Below are positions 17,252 through 25,697 of a stretch of DNA of 32,000 nucleotides, piece after piece. Each line of letters opens with the position of its first letter. Position 1 is the first letter of the stretch. The notes below the pieces were generated by a model. The model saw only the letters and a program-made list of their open reading frames with translations. It did no database searches and was not told the origin of the DNA. The stretch is from assembly GCA_008080745.1 (NCBI GenBank), contig SHMX01000003.1, positions 450,001 through 482,000 of the forward strand, written 5' to 3'. The position numbers were made by a program, and so were the translations under genes. This DNA comes from Candidatus Thorarchaeota archaeon. GTDB lineage: Archaea; Asgardarchaeota; Thorarchaeia; Thorarchaeales; Thorarchaeaceae.

Positions 17252-17779
17252 TTACTCAATCAGTATTAGCAAATCAGTAGGGGTGACCATTGAACCAATC
17301 TCAATGTTTACCTCTTTGACTACACCGTCCATTGGAGCCTTGAGTTCATTAAACATTTTCATGGCTTCTAAGATACAAACTGTCTGACCCCCTGAAACTG
17401 AATCTCCCGGAGATACATGAACCTCCGTGATTTTTCCAGGCATGGGAGGATAGACACCACCCTCAGCCTTTGGTCCGCCTTTAGATGCTGTGGGCGTGGG
17501 GGTAACACTCTCCTGACTTTTCAATCGACCCCATTCGAGCTCCCGAGACTCTCCATTGATCTCCAATTCTATCTTGGACCCAGACCGCTTCATTATATCA
17601 ATCTTGTAGTCGGAGGTGGTATCATTTGCGGTCCATGTTCCATCCTCATTTTTTATAGTCTTGATACTGTAACTCTGTTCACCGATCTTAACAATGAGGA
17701 GTCCTCCTTCATCAAGAGTCTTCACATCGACTTCGTATTTCCTATCATCTATCTTTGCTTCGTACTTTGGACTCATCAT
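17252..17779 (-). CDS. Stand-alone biotin carboxyl carrier protein
   Basis: EAMKM biotinylation motif, PPMPGKI, Pro/Ala/Thr linker. Start at 17779 overlaps the upstream stop (ATGA). Confidence 0.92.
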   Translation of the reverse strand: MMSPKYEAKIDDRKYEVDVKTLDEGGLLIVKIGEQSYSIKTIKNEDGTWTANDTTSDYKIDIMKRSGSKIELEINGESRELEWGRLKSQESVTPTPTASKGGPKAEGGVYPPMPGKITEVHVSPGDSVSGGQTVCILEAMKMFNELKAPMDGVVKEVNIEIGSMVTPTDLLILIE

Positions 17780-19356
17780 GGACCCCCCTGTTGTCGCGTT
17801 TTCATCAATCGTTTTCGCCCCACAGAACTCCAGCGAGAGGTTGCTCGTTCCCACTGTCCAGTTAATGTGACCACTCGGCTATCATGCAGGTCTTCCCGAG
17901 CATCTTGACTCCATGCACTACCCAGACCAAAGGAAGTGAGTGCTCCTCCGGCCTGTCTACTGCTATGTAGAACGGCCGCTATCAGGGCAATCTCGTGTTC
18001 TTCTGTAATCTCGCCCATCGTGGTTCTAGCTGCTTTTCTCTTCAAGAAGTCTAGAGCATACTGTGGAAAGAGTGCATACGAGACCAAATCTCGACGGTCG
18101 TGAGGAATATCCTTGAGTGCCTCTTTCGCCGTTGGTAATTCTGGTTCAAGCAGACTTGCAGGTCGTTCTGTGAGGGGCTCTTCATCTCCAATAATCAGCT
18201 TCTTGATCTCGGGGTCAATGGGTGCGGGAGGCCGACCATAGTATCCTCTCACATATTGCTTGACCTCGTGTGGGACCATCTTGTACCGTTCTCCTGTGAT
18301 GACATTCAGGGTGGCCTGGGTGCCAACTATCTGACTGGAAGGTGTGACCAGAGGCGGGTAGCCAAGGTCAGCCCGTACGCGTGGAACCTCTTCCAGAACC
18401 TCATCATATCGATCCAGTGCGCCCTGTTCTCTAAGCTGATTGTCCAGATTAGATAACATACCACCAGGAATCTGAAAGACCAACACCTGTGGATTCACGC
18501 CCTGTAGACTTCCCTCGAACTGTGCATACTTTCTTCGGATATCTCTGAAATAAGACGCAATATCCGCCAGAAGGTTGACATCCAACTTTGTGTCCCGCGT
18601 ATTTCCCTTCATGCTCTCAACAATGGACTCGGTAGCTGGCTGTGATGTTGCTCCAGACAATGATGAGATAGCACAATCAACCACATCAACCCCAACCTCA
18701 GCTGCCTTCAGATATGCCATAGACGCCATACCACTGGTATAATGGGAATGCAATTGTATCGGAATCGATATCTCCTCTTTCAGCCGAGTCACTAACTCTC
18801 CAGCTGCCTTTGGCGTGATCAAACCAGCCATGTCCTTTATACAGATAGAATCGGCCTCTAGAGAATACAACTCTTTTGCGGTCTCAACGAACTTCTCAAT
18901 AGTATGCACCGGAGAGGTGGTATAACTGATACTGGCCTGCGTGTGTCCGCCCTCTCGATTTACAAACTTCATCGCCGCCTCCATGTTCCTGACATCGTTC
19001 AGGGCATCAAATATCCTGAAGATATCTATCCCTGCCTTCACCGCCTCCTCTACAAAGACCTCTAATACATCATCTGGGTATTGCTTGTATCCCACAACAT
19101 TAGAGCCACGAAGAAGCATCTGAAAAGGGGTCTTAGGCATAGCGTCTTTGAGTAGTTCGACTCGTTCCCAGGGATCTTCGTCCAAGAAACGCATCATGCT
19201 ATCGAAAGTAGCCCCACCCCACATCTCAAGGGAGTGGTACCCGACCTTATCGATCTTCTCACAGATCGGAAGCATATGTTCGGTACGCATTCGAGTAGCG
19301 ATAAGAGACTGATGTGCATCCCGAAGGGTAGTATCGGTAATGAGTAATTTCTTCAT
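17776..19356 (-). CDS. Pyruvate/oxaloacetate carboxyltransferase (PycB/OadA/transcarboxylase 5S family), no fused biotin domain, epsilon-like C-terminal tail
   Basis: DTTLRDAHQSL, WGGATFD, IKDMAG, HSH, QIPGGMLSNL, PPLVTPSSQIVGTQA. The C-terminal ~80 aa are not biotinyl-like. Confidence 0.92.
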   Translation of the reverse strand: MKKLLITDTTLRDAHQSLIATRMRTEHMLPICEKIDKVGYHSLEMWGGATFDSMMRFLDEDPWERVELLKDAMPKTPFQMLLRGSNVVGYKQYPDDVLEVFVEEAVKAGIDIFRIFDALNDVRNMEAAMKFVNREGGHTQASISYTTSPVHTIEKFVETAKELYSLEADSICIKDMAGLITPKAAGELVTRLKEEISIPIQLHSHYTSGMASMAYLKAAEVGVDVVDCAISSLSGATSQPATESIVESMKGNTRDTKLDVNLLADIASYFRDIRRKYAQFEGSLQGVNPQVLVFQIPGGMLSNLDNQLREQGALDRYDEVLEEVPRVRADLGYPPLVTPSSQIVGTQATLNVITGERYKMVPHEVKQYVRGYYGRPPAPIDPEIKKLIIGDEEPLTERPASLLEPELPTAKEALKDIPHDRRDLVSYALFPQYALDFLKRKAARTTMGEITEEHEIALIAAVLHSSRQAGGALTSFGLGSAWSQDAREDLHDSRVVTLTGQWERATSRWSSVGRKRLMKTRQQGGP

Positions 19357-19389
19357 TGCAGACCGAGATTCTCTGAAATGGAAGTCTAT

Positions 19390-21068
19390 TTAGTCATTCT
19401 GTTCAGGATTCTGAGAATCATCAAGGGATTTCTTGAATCTCCAGATGGCAACTTCAGACCTGCTGATTCTAAGTTCCTCCCAGATTTTGAAGCGAATCTC
19501 AGATCTTCCGTAATCCTGTTTGATGAGACTTTGAATTAATTCCTTCTCAGACTCACTCATATATCCTGCTTCACTTGATACTTGGGTCATTCTCGATAAG
19601 TGATTCAGTTTCTTCTGACGGCCAGATGCAAATTTGAATAGTGGTAGATGTGCAGCTTTAGGGATATCCTCAACACGATGAATGAGAACTCTGGAATCAG
19701 AGAATTTTGTTGAAAACCCTAGAGAGTCTAGTACTCTTGAGTAGAATTCTCCCTCTGAGGTTGTACTAATCTCTGCCAGCATAGATGTTACTGTGCCATC
19801 ACCATCTGAAACACCTTGAATAAAACAAATTCGAAAATCTTTAGGAGCATCTATAATCCACTCTGCATCAATGTTAGATTTACTTCCTTTGAGTTGAAAT
19901 CCAAGACAACTTCGTTTTATCCAGTTTAATATTGGAGAAGATTCACTAATCCAATTCATTGTATAGGATTCTCTTATTGAGTCATCCCATTCGTAAAGGG
20001 AGATAGAATCAGCTATTTGGTGGGCATTAATTCCAATCCGGCCTAAACAATAACAAAATCCATCGCCAAAGTTTTTACTCCAATCATAGGTCTTTGACAA
20101 GTTCAAAGCAACCCTCTCGACTACACTCTTTCTTTGAAAATAGCCATCGGAACAAATAACTCCAAGAACATATCCTAATGCGTTAGATTTTGATATCTTT
20201 CCAAAACTTCGTGTCCAATCTCTCATCTGCTTTGTTTCAACCGATGATATCTGAGATAATACATATCTAACAGCATCATGATATTTCACTCTAAATGGAA
20301 CCTTAATCCAGTTAGTAAAGCTCTTACCTTTAGTCGAGATCGGAAGCCACATCCAATTATGGGGAGTGGGGAATCTTGGAATCTCACTTGCGAGTCGAGG
20401 AAGTCTAGGTAATTGACATTTGATCCAGTTGTCTACATTCTTCCGATGAGTACACGATATACGAGCAATATCCCTTCTGAGACCTCCTTCTTGGATATGA
20501 GAAAGAAACCTATAGAATTGTTTAGCCATGTCTTCGTGTTTTTTATAGCCATCAAGACGTTTTAATTCGGGGTAAAGAATTGTTGCAATTTCTGTTCCAT
20601 ATCTTCAAATGTTACTGCTCCATTCAACGAATTAATTATTCGTTCATAGTATTTAGACCCCTGTTCTAGAGAGATGGCTTGACCCAGATATCGGTAAATC
20701 TGAGGAAGTTTCTGATAATGAATCCATCCTTCTGCTTTATTCCTTGATAATCCTAATTCTCTTGAGAAAGATCTTAGTTCTTCAGGGGTGATACTAGGAT
20801 TTGTGGTTTTCATTTCGAGTATTTTCAGATATGATTCAGCATCTTCAATCAGTTTGGTAAATTCAGGATGTGACTTCAAACCAGGATATCTTTCCTCAAT
20901 TGTTTCTCTAAGATGCTTGAAGGAATGAAACTCAGTTCCAACAGCTGAGGGATAAGCCATACTAATTTCTCGCTGATCTCCACGACCATCTCTGACTTTT
21001 TGATGGGAGGGAGTATTATCTTCTAACCTGCCAGAATCAGCTTGGTCAAATTCCATGACATTGTTCAT
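19390..21068 (-). pseudogene. Frameshifted free-standing LAGLIDADG endonuclease-like gene with N-terminal HTH repeats (track ORFs 20562..21068 and 19390..20529 joined)
   Basis: Two LAGLIDADG motifs (LGYVLGVICSDGY; FIQGVSDGDGT). A -1 shift at ~20570-20575 joins the ORFs and restores a second YPxLK...WI...LP repeat; ~559 aa if joined. Confidence 0.7.
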
Positions 21069-21193
21069 TCCTATTGACTGAATTTATTCCTTTGATTTTA
21101 TATGATTCATACTATATATTATCCCAACACAAGAAATCTAATTTATAATTACTTTAACAGCTATGTTTTTGACCGAATGACAGCTTCGATCAA

Positions 21194-22405
21194 GTGGTGA
21201 ATCCTATGCAAGTCCGACATGCAAAACTACAGGACAGAGATGAGCATCTCAAAAATGCAAGGTATGCCTATAATATACCAGCATCGTATGAGGAGACTCT
21301 GCGTGAGCGATTCGAGAAGCATCTAGACCAATACTATTGTGTAGTTGAAAATGATAGTGTGCGGGCAAGTGGGAGGGTCATCCCCTTCAAACAAAATATA
21401 CGAGGAGTTCTCAGGTCAATGGGAGGTATCGCAATGATATCCAGCGCTCCTGAGACCAGACGACAAGGTTATGTTCGAGAACTGATGCGGTTCATGCTTA
21501 GCGATATGAATCAACGAGATATGAGCTTCAGTACTCTCTATCCATTCAAAGATGAGTTCTATGCTCGGTTGGGATATGTACCAATGCCACCATTTCACAA
21601 GCTTCAGCTTCGGGTGGACCTCATGATTAGATGGGAGATTCCTGAGGGGTATTATCTCAAGAAAATGTCAATTGTTGACGGGCTAGAATATGCGAAAATA
21701 ATCCACCGAGAAGCTATCACGGGAATTCATGGCACAGTAGTCAAATCTGATGAGAGATGGGAAGAATATGCTATGAGTAAAGACCCAGAGTATGTCTTTG
21801 CCTTCAACTCAGACGGAAGACCCATCGCGTTTATGAGATATGGAATTCAACACTATGGTGCGTTCAGGGACGATGACAAGAATGGAAGGATGGATATCAG
21901 CCAGTCCGGTATGTTTTGGAGTGACCGAATAGGAAAGAACATGCTCCTAAACTACATTCACAACCATGCAGATCAGGTGGTCACAGCAAATATTCCCATT
22001 CATTCCATCGACAAAGACTATTGGCACTGGACACAACGCTTCAATATTGGAGGTGTTAAGATTCAGGCGTACAATGTTGCTATGGCAAGAATCGTCAACG
22101 TTGAGAGGTTGCTAGTAGGTATTCCTTCTGATGTTGAAGGAGATCTGACTGTGCAGGTGAAAGATTCAATCTGCAAATGGAACGAAGACACCTTCACATT
22201 CAGCTGCGATGGAAAGAAACTCGATATAGATAAGACAGACGATAAGGCGTCTGTGGAAATATCCATCGAGGGGCTTACCAGTCTAGTATTTGGTACCGCA
22301 TCTTTGGAGACCATTACTGAACTGAAACAGATAACTGGCGATGGCGCTAATATTCTGAACGATTGGTTCTCTCCAATCACACCATGGTTTACAGAAGATT
22401 TCTAG
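21194..22405 (+). CDS. eis: Eis-like GNAT acetyltransferase with C-terminal SCP2-like domain
   Basis: GGIAMISSAPETRRQGY, TLYPF..FYARLGY, SCP2-like region (GLTSLVFG) and terminal PWFTEDF. Confidence 0.85.
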   Translation: MVNPMQVRHAKLQDRDEHLKNARYAYNIPASYEETLRERFEKHLDQYYCVVENDSVRASGRVIPFKQNIRGVLRSMGGIAMISSAPETRRQGYVRELMRFMLSDMNQRDMSFSTLYPFKDEFYARLGYVPMPPFHKLQLRVDLMIRWEIPEGYYLKKMSIVDGLEYAKIIHREAITGIHGTVVKSDERWEEYAMSKDPEYVFAFNSDGRPIAFMRYGIQHYGAFRDDDKNGRMDISQSGMFWSDRIGKNMLLNYIHNHADQVVTANIPIHSIDKDYWHWTQRFNIGGVKIQAYNVAMARIVNVERLLVGIPSDVEGDLTVQVKDSICKWNEDTFTFSCDGKKLDIDKTDDKASVEISIEGLTSLVFGTASLETITELKQITGDGANILNDWFSPITPWFTEDF

Positions 22406-23529
22406 TCCTCGGATATAACAAGCGGTTCTAGGTCTTCCAAACCAGGAAAGGAAAGATAGTCTCTATCACCAACAAATTCGGAGAGGATTACTTTCTGAAT
22501 GTATTTTGCACTACGACGTCTACCTGTAGTAAAAGGATCAGCTGCTCCAAGAGGAATAGCCAACACCATGAGGCTCAGGTATATCCAATTCGTCAAAGAA
22601 GCTGTCACATCGGACATGGTTGCTTGGATTGTACCTATCAATAGAACCAGAACTATCAAAAATAAAGCTAGGATTATAAGATTCAATTTTACCTTCATTG
22701 AGAACTCTGATTTTGGAAGACTCCAGCTGGAGGAAAATAGTGGGGAGAAGTCTCTTTTTAGTTGGATAGGTTGTGACTCGGAGTAAAAATCCTGCTCAGT
22801 TTGATCAAATGAGGTCACAGGAGAATCATGGAGATGTTCATCCGTACCTCTGAATATGTCACCAACTCTGCCAGGTATATTCAGAAGTCGAGCATAGGCA
22901 ACATCTGCAATTTTATCATCAGACAAGAAAATCCTATTCTGCAGAATTTCCAGACATACTTTCGCATAGACAGAGGGAAATTCCGGACCATACTTCTCTT
23001 TAGCCTTTTTCAGAGAATCTCCAATCCCAAGCATTGATTTAGGAAATTTTGGTATGTTCTTCTCACCTATAGGAAAAACAACGTAAACCCACACAAAACC
23101 GATTATCGCGAGAGCTAGAAAAGAATAGTCCAGAATTCCAAGATATAACGGAATCAATCCCGCGGTGAACAAAAGAAATGCAGTGATGATCCCATACGAA
23201 ACTCCGCGAAAGTATGCTTTTACTATCAGTAGTCCAGAGATTATTCCAATAGAGCAAGACATCATAAGAAGATAGATTTCAGCCATTGGAAAAAGAAGAA
23301 GATCAGCATATGTACTATTGAATAATGATAGTATCAAAAATATTCCAAAGATAACAGAACAGAGAGCCATTATAATATTGTATAAGACGATTCCTCTTCT
23401 CTTGAGAAAGCTGATAGGTCTGGTGAAATGAAGTTCAGGATAGAGATGCAGAGAAATCCTAGTTATAGAAGAGATAATGATGAGAATAATTACAAGAACA
23501 GGGAAGATTGCTTTTGTAAACTCAAACAT
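22402..23529 (-). CDS. Hypothetical polytopic membrane protein
   Basis: About five N-terminal hydrophobic helices, a soluble middle region and two C-terminal TM helices. The stop overlaps the eis stop by 4 nt (convergent). Confidence 0.7.
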   Translation of the reverse strand: MFEFTKAIFPVLVIILIIISSITRISLHLYPELHFTRPISFLKRRGIVLYNIIMALCSVIFGIFLILSLFNSTYADLLLFPMAEIYLLMMSCSIGIISGLLIVKAYFRGVSYGIITAFLLFTAGLIPLYLGILDYSFLALAIIGFVWVYVVFPIGEKNIPKFPKSMLGIGDSLKKAKEKYGPEFPSVYAKVCLEILQNRIFLSDDKIADVAYARLLNIPGRVGDIFRGTDEHLHDSPVTSFDQTEQDFYSESQPIQLKRDFSPLFSSSWSLPKSEFSMKVKLNLIILALFLIVLVLLIGTIQATMSDVTASLTNWIYLSLMVLAIPLGAADPFTTGRRRSAKYIQKVILSEFVGDRDYLSFPGLEDLEPLVISED

Positions 23530-23696
23530 CTATAGATGACTCCATAAGTTTCATAGACTCAACGAGCATAAACATTTACGTGTTCTATAACAAGTCGTTT
23601 GTTATAACATTCAATGGATATTCCACTACAATTATAGATTCGATTGGCAATAGTAATAGTAGAACTACAATAGGATGCAAGAGGATAGATATCTCC

Positions 23697-25646
23697 ATGA
23701 GTAAAGACGATTTTCAGGAGTGCATGGAGGAGAAGCTAGAGAGGGCTCATGACTTAGTATATTATGGAGACCCATCAGAAGCATTGGATAATCTGGATAG
23801 GCTGGAAGAGGAGGAACTTGAGAAAAGAGATATTTTAGAGATTTCGATTCTAAGACAGAGAATTGCCATCAAATTAGGAAAATTCAGAGATACGCTGAAA
23901 CATCTTGAAAGCTTGGAGAAACATCATCTTGTTCTAGAATACCCAGAACTACAATTGGAGGTAGTAGCTAACAAAGCAAGGGCCTTGTTGAAGATGGGTC
24001 AACTTGACATTGCTCTTCTCGAGTTGAAACGAGCGAGAGAAGCCATTGAAAAGATAACGTCAAAACGATTTAGAGATATGCAAGAAGCTGAGATTCTATT
24101 TGATCTCGGGCTTGTGTATTATGTTGCAAGAGAATGGAATCAATCTATAACACATCTGAAAGATAGCATCGAGCTGCATAGAAAGATAGGGAAAGATAAT
24201 CGAACTGGCCCAGCACTCAATATTCTTGGGATAGTCTATATGATGCAGGGAAACCTTGAGAAGGCACTGGATTACTTTCATGAATGTCTGATGATATCAG
24301 AGAGAATCAATGCTAGTGGAGGGGTCTCTACTGCATTAAACAACATTGCAGAGGTACACCGACTCAGAGGTGATTTATCCTTTGCACTTCATTACTTTCA
24401 ACAAAATCTCGAATTAAACAAAATACAGGATAGAAGAATCAAACAAGCAATCAGTCTAATGAGTGTCGCTAGTGTGCTTGCTGAATTAGGCCGACCACAA
24501 GAAGCTCTCGAATTATACAAAGAAGCAGAAACACTTGCGAAGAAATGTGAAGACCCCCAAAAGACAGCAATCAGTATCTATGAAACGACTATACTTGCCC
24601 TTGAGAATAATTGGATGGATGAGGCCAAGAGATCTCTTGAGAAACTAAAGCAGCTAGCCCAGCAATACGATCTGCAGGATATAATTACACAGACCACGAT
24701 AGCAGATGCTATTATGCTAAAACAAAGTTCAAGAATTGTTGACCATGCTCGAGCCCAAGAGATGTTAGAAAGAGTTGTTGCCGATGAAAAAACAACATAT
24801 GAGAAACGGATTTTCGCGATGTTTCATCTCTGTGACCTCCTGCTATTAGAGTTGAAGTTGAATCAGAGTTCTGACGTTCTAAAAGAGATCATCGAAATTG
24901 TGACCAAACTCAAACGATTGGCGCACGACCAAAACGCATATCCAACATTTTTGAAGGCTAAAATTATTGAGGCAAAACTACACCTCATTGAGCTAAAGCC
25001 AGAGCTCGCAAAGGTCACAATCGAGAGAGCTAGAAAGATAGCTGAAGAACATGGACTTACAAAATACATTGAGATAATTCGTGAAGAGGAGAAGGTAATT
25101 CAGAACCAGATGTCACGATGGACCTTATTGAAATCAAATGATGCATCCCTTGAAGAGAGGATTCGATTAGCAAATATCGATGACGCAGTTACGCTGATGC
25201 TTAGACGGCAGCTTGTTGATATGGCAGATATGGAGAATGAAGAGCCGATTATGCTCCTCATCATTGCAGTAGAGAGAGGACTGAGTGTCTATACTAAGAA
25301 GTTTATTCCAGAGGATAAGACCAATGAGATGGCGATTGGAGCATTCATCACTGCGATAAACAGCTTTCTACAAGAGAGTCTGGAAGTTTCTGGAATTGTT
25401 GAGAGAATCAAGCATAGTAATTACACCCTTATTATGAAACAGGTAGAGGGGTTGCTATTCTGCTACATGTTCAAAGGAGAGTCGTATTCCTCCACTCAGA
25501 AATTGAACACCTTCATTGATTTTTTAAAGAGATACCAAAAGATCTGGCAGTATCTGGTAACGGCTAGTAAAGCCCTGGATAAGGATTCTGTAAAGATTCT
25601 AGAGAAGAAGACAAAATCACTCTTTGTTGAAGGTGTAATGACATGA
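23697..25646 (+). CDS. TPR-repeat protein with C-terminal longin/roadblock-like domain
   Basis: Tandem TPRs (ALNILGIVYMMQGNLEKALDYF; ALNNIAEVHRLRGDLSFALHYF); C-terminal PIMLLII..RGLSVYTKKF...AIGAFITAINSF. Start placed at MSKDD (23697); the track start is 23580. Confidence 0.85.
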   Translation: MSKDDFQECMEEKLERAHDLVYYGDPSEALDNLDRLEEEELEKRDILEISILRQRIAIKLGKFRDTLKHLESLEKHHLVLEYPELQLEVVANKARALLKMGQLDIALLELKRAREAIEKITSKRFRDMQEAEILFDLGLVYYVAREWNQSITHLKDSIELHRKIGKDNRTGPALNILGIVYMMQGNLEKALDYFHECLMISERINASGGVSTALNNIAEVHRLRGDLSFALHYFQQNLELNKIQDRRIKQAISLMSVASVLAELGRPQEALELYKEAETLAKKCEDPQKTAISIYETTILALENNWMDEAKRSLEKLKQLAQQYDLQDIITQTTIADAIMLKQSSRIVDHARAQEMLERVVADEKTTYEKRIFAMFHLCDLLLLELKLNQSSDVLKEIIEIVTKLKRLAHDQNAYPTFLKAKIIEAKLHLIELKPELAKVTIERARKIAEEHGLTKYIEIIREEEKVIQNQMSRWTLLKSNDASLEERIRLANIDDAVTLMLRRQLVDMADMENEEPIMLLIIAVERGLSVYTKKFIPEDKTNEMAIGAFITAINSFLQESLEVSGIVERIKHSNYTLIMKQVEGLLFCYMFKGESYSSTQKLNTFIDFLKRYQKIWQYLVTASKALDKDSVKILEKKTKSLFVEGVMT

Positions 25647-25697
25647 TAATGCCTAACTGGTGTATCTTATATACAACCTAATTTGTAATTCAAAAAT

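Noticed and set aside
17776-17779. Selenocysteine readthrough of TGA stops (also 4113-4115)
   Set aside because: The TGA codons overlap or abut the next gene's start, as in ordinary translational coupling; no SECIS-like element or selenoprotein motif is evident.
17780-17854. Track N-terminal extensions of the biotin carrier (also 3696-3764, 15836-15877, 23580-23696)
   Set aside because: They overlap the upstream gene or promoter-like DNA; downstream Met codons have better RBS context or coupling and match family starts.
17776-19356. Classical archaeal pyruvate carboxylase or Na+-pumping oxaloacetate decarboxylase operon
   Set aside because: No fused biotin domain, and no PycA or OadB/OadG in the window. 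Not excluded genome-wide, so no gene symbol was given.
19390-20529. Intein or group I intron as host of the LAGLIDADG domains
   Set aside because: No N-terminal Cys/Ser block A, no TxxH block B, no terminal HN, and no interrupted host gene; the flanking genes are intact.
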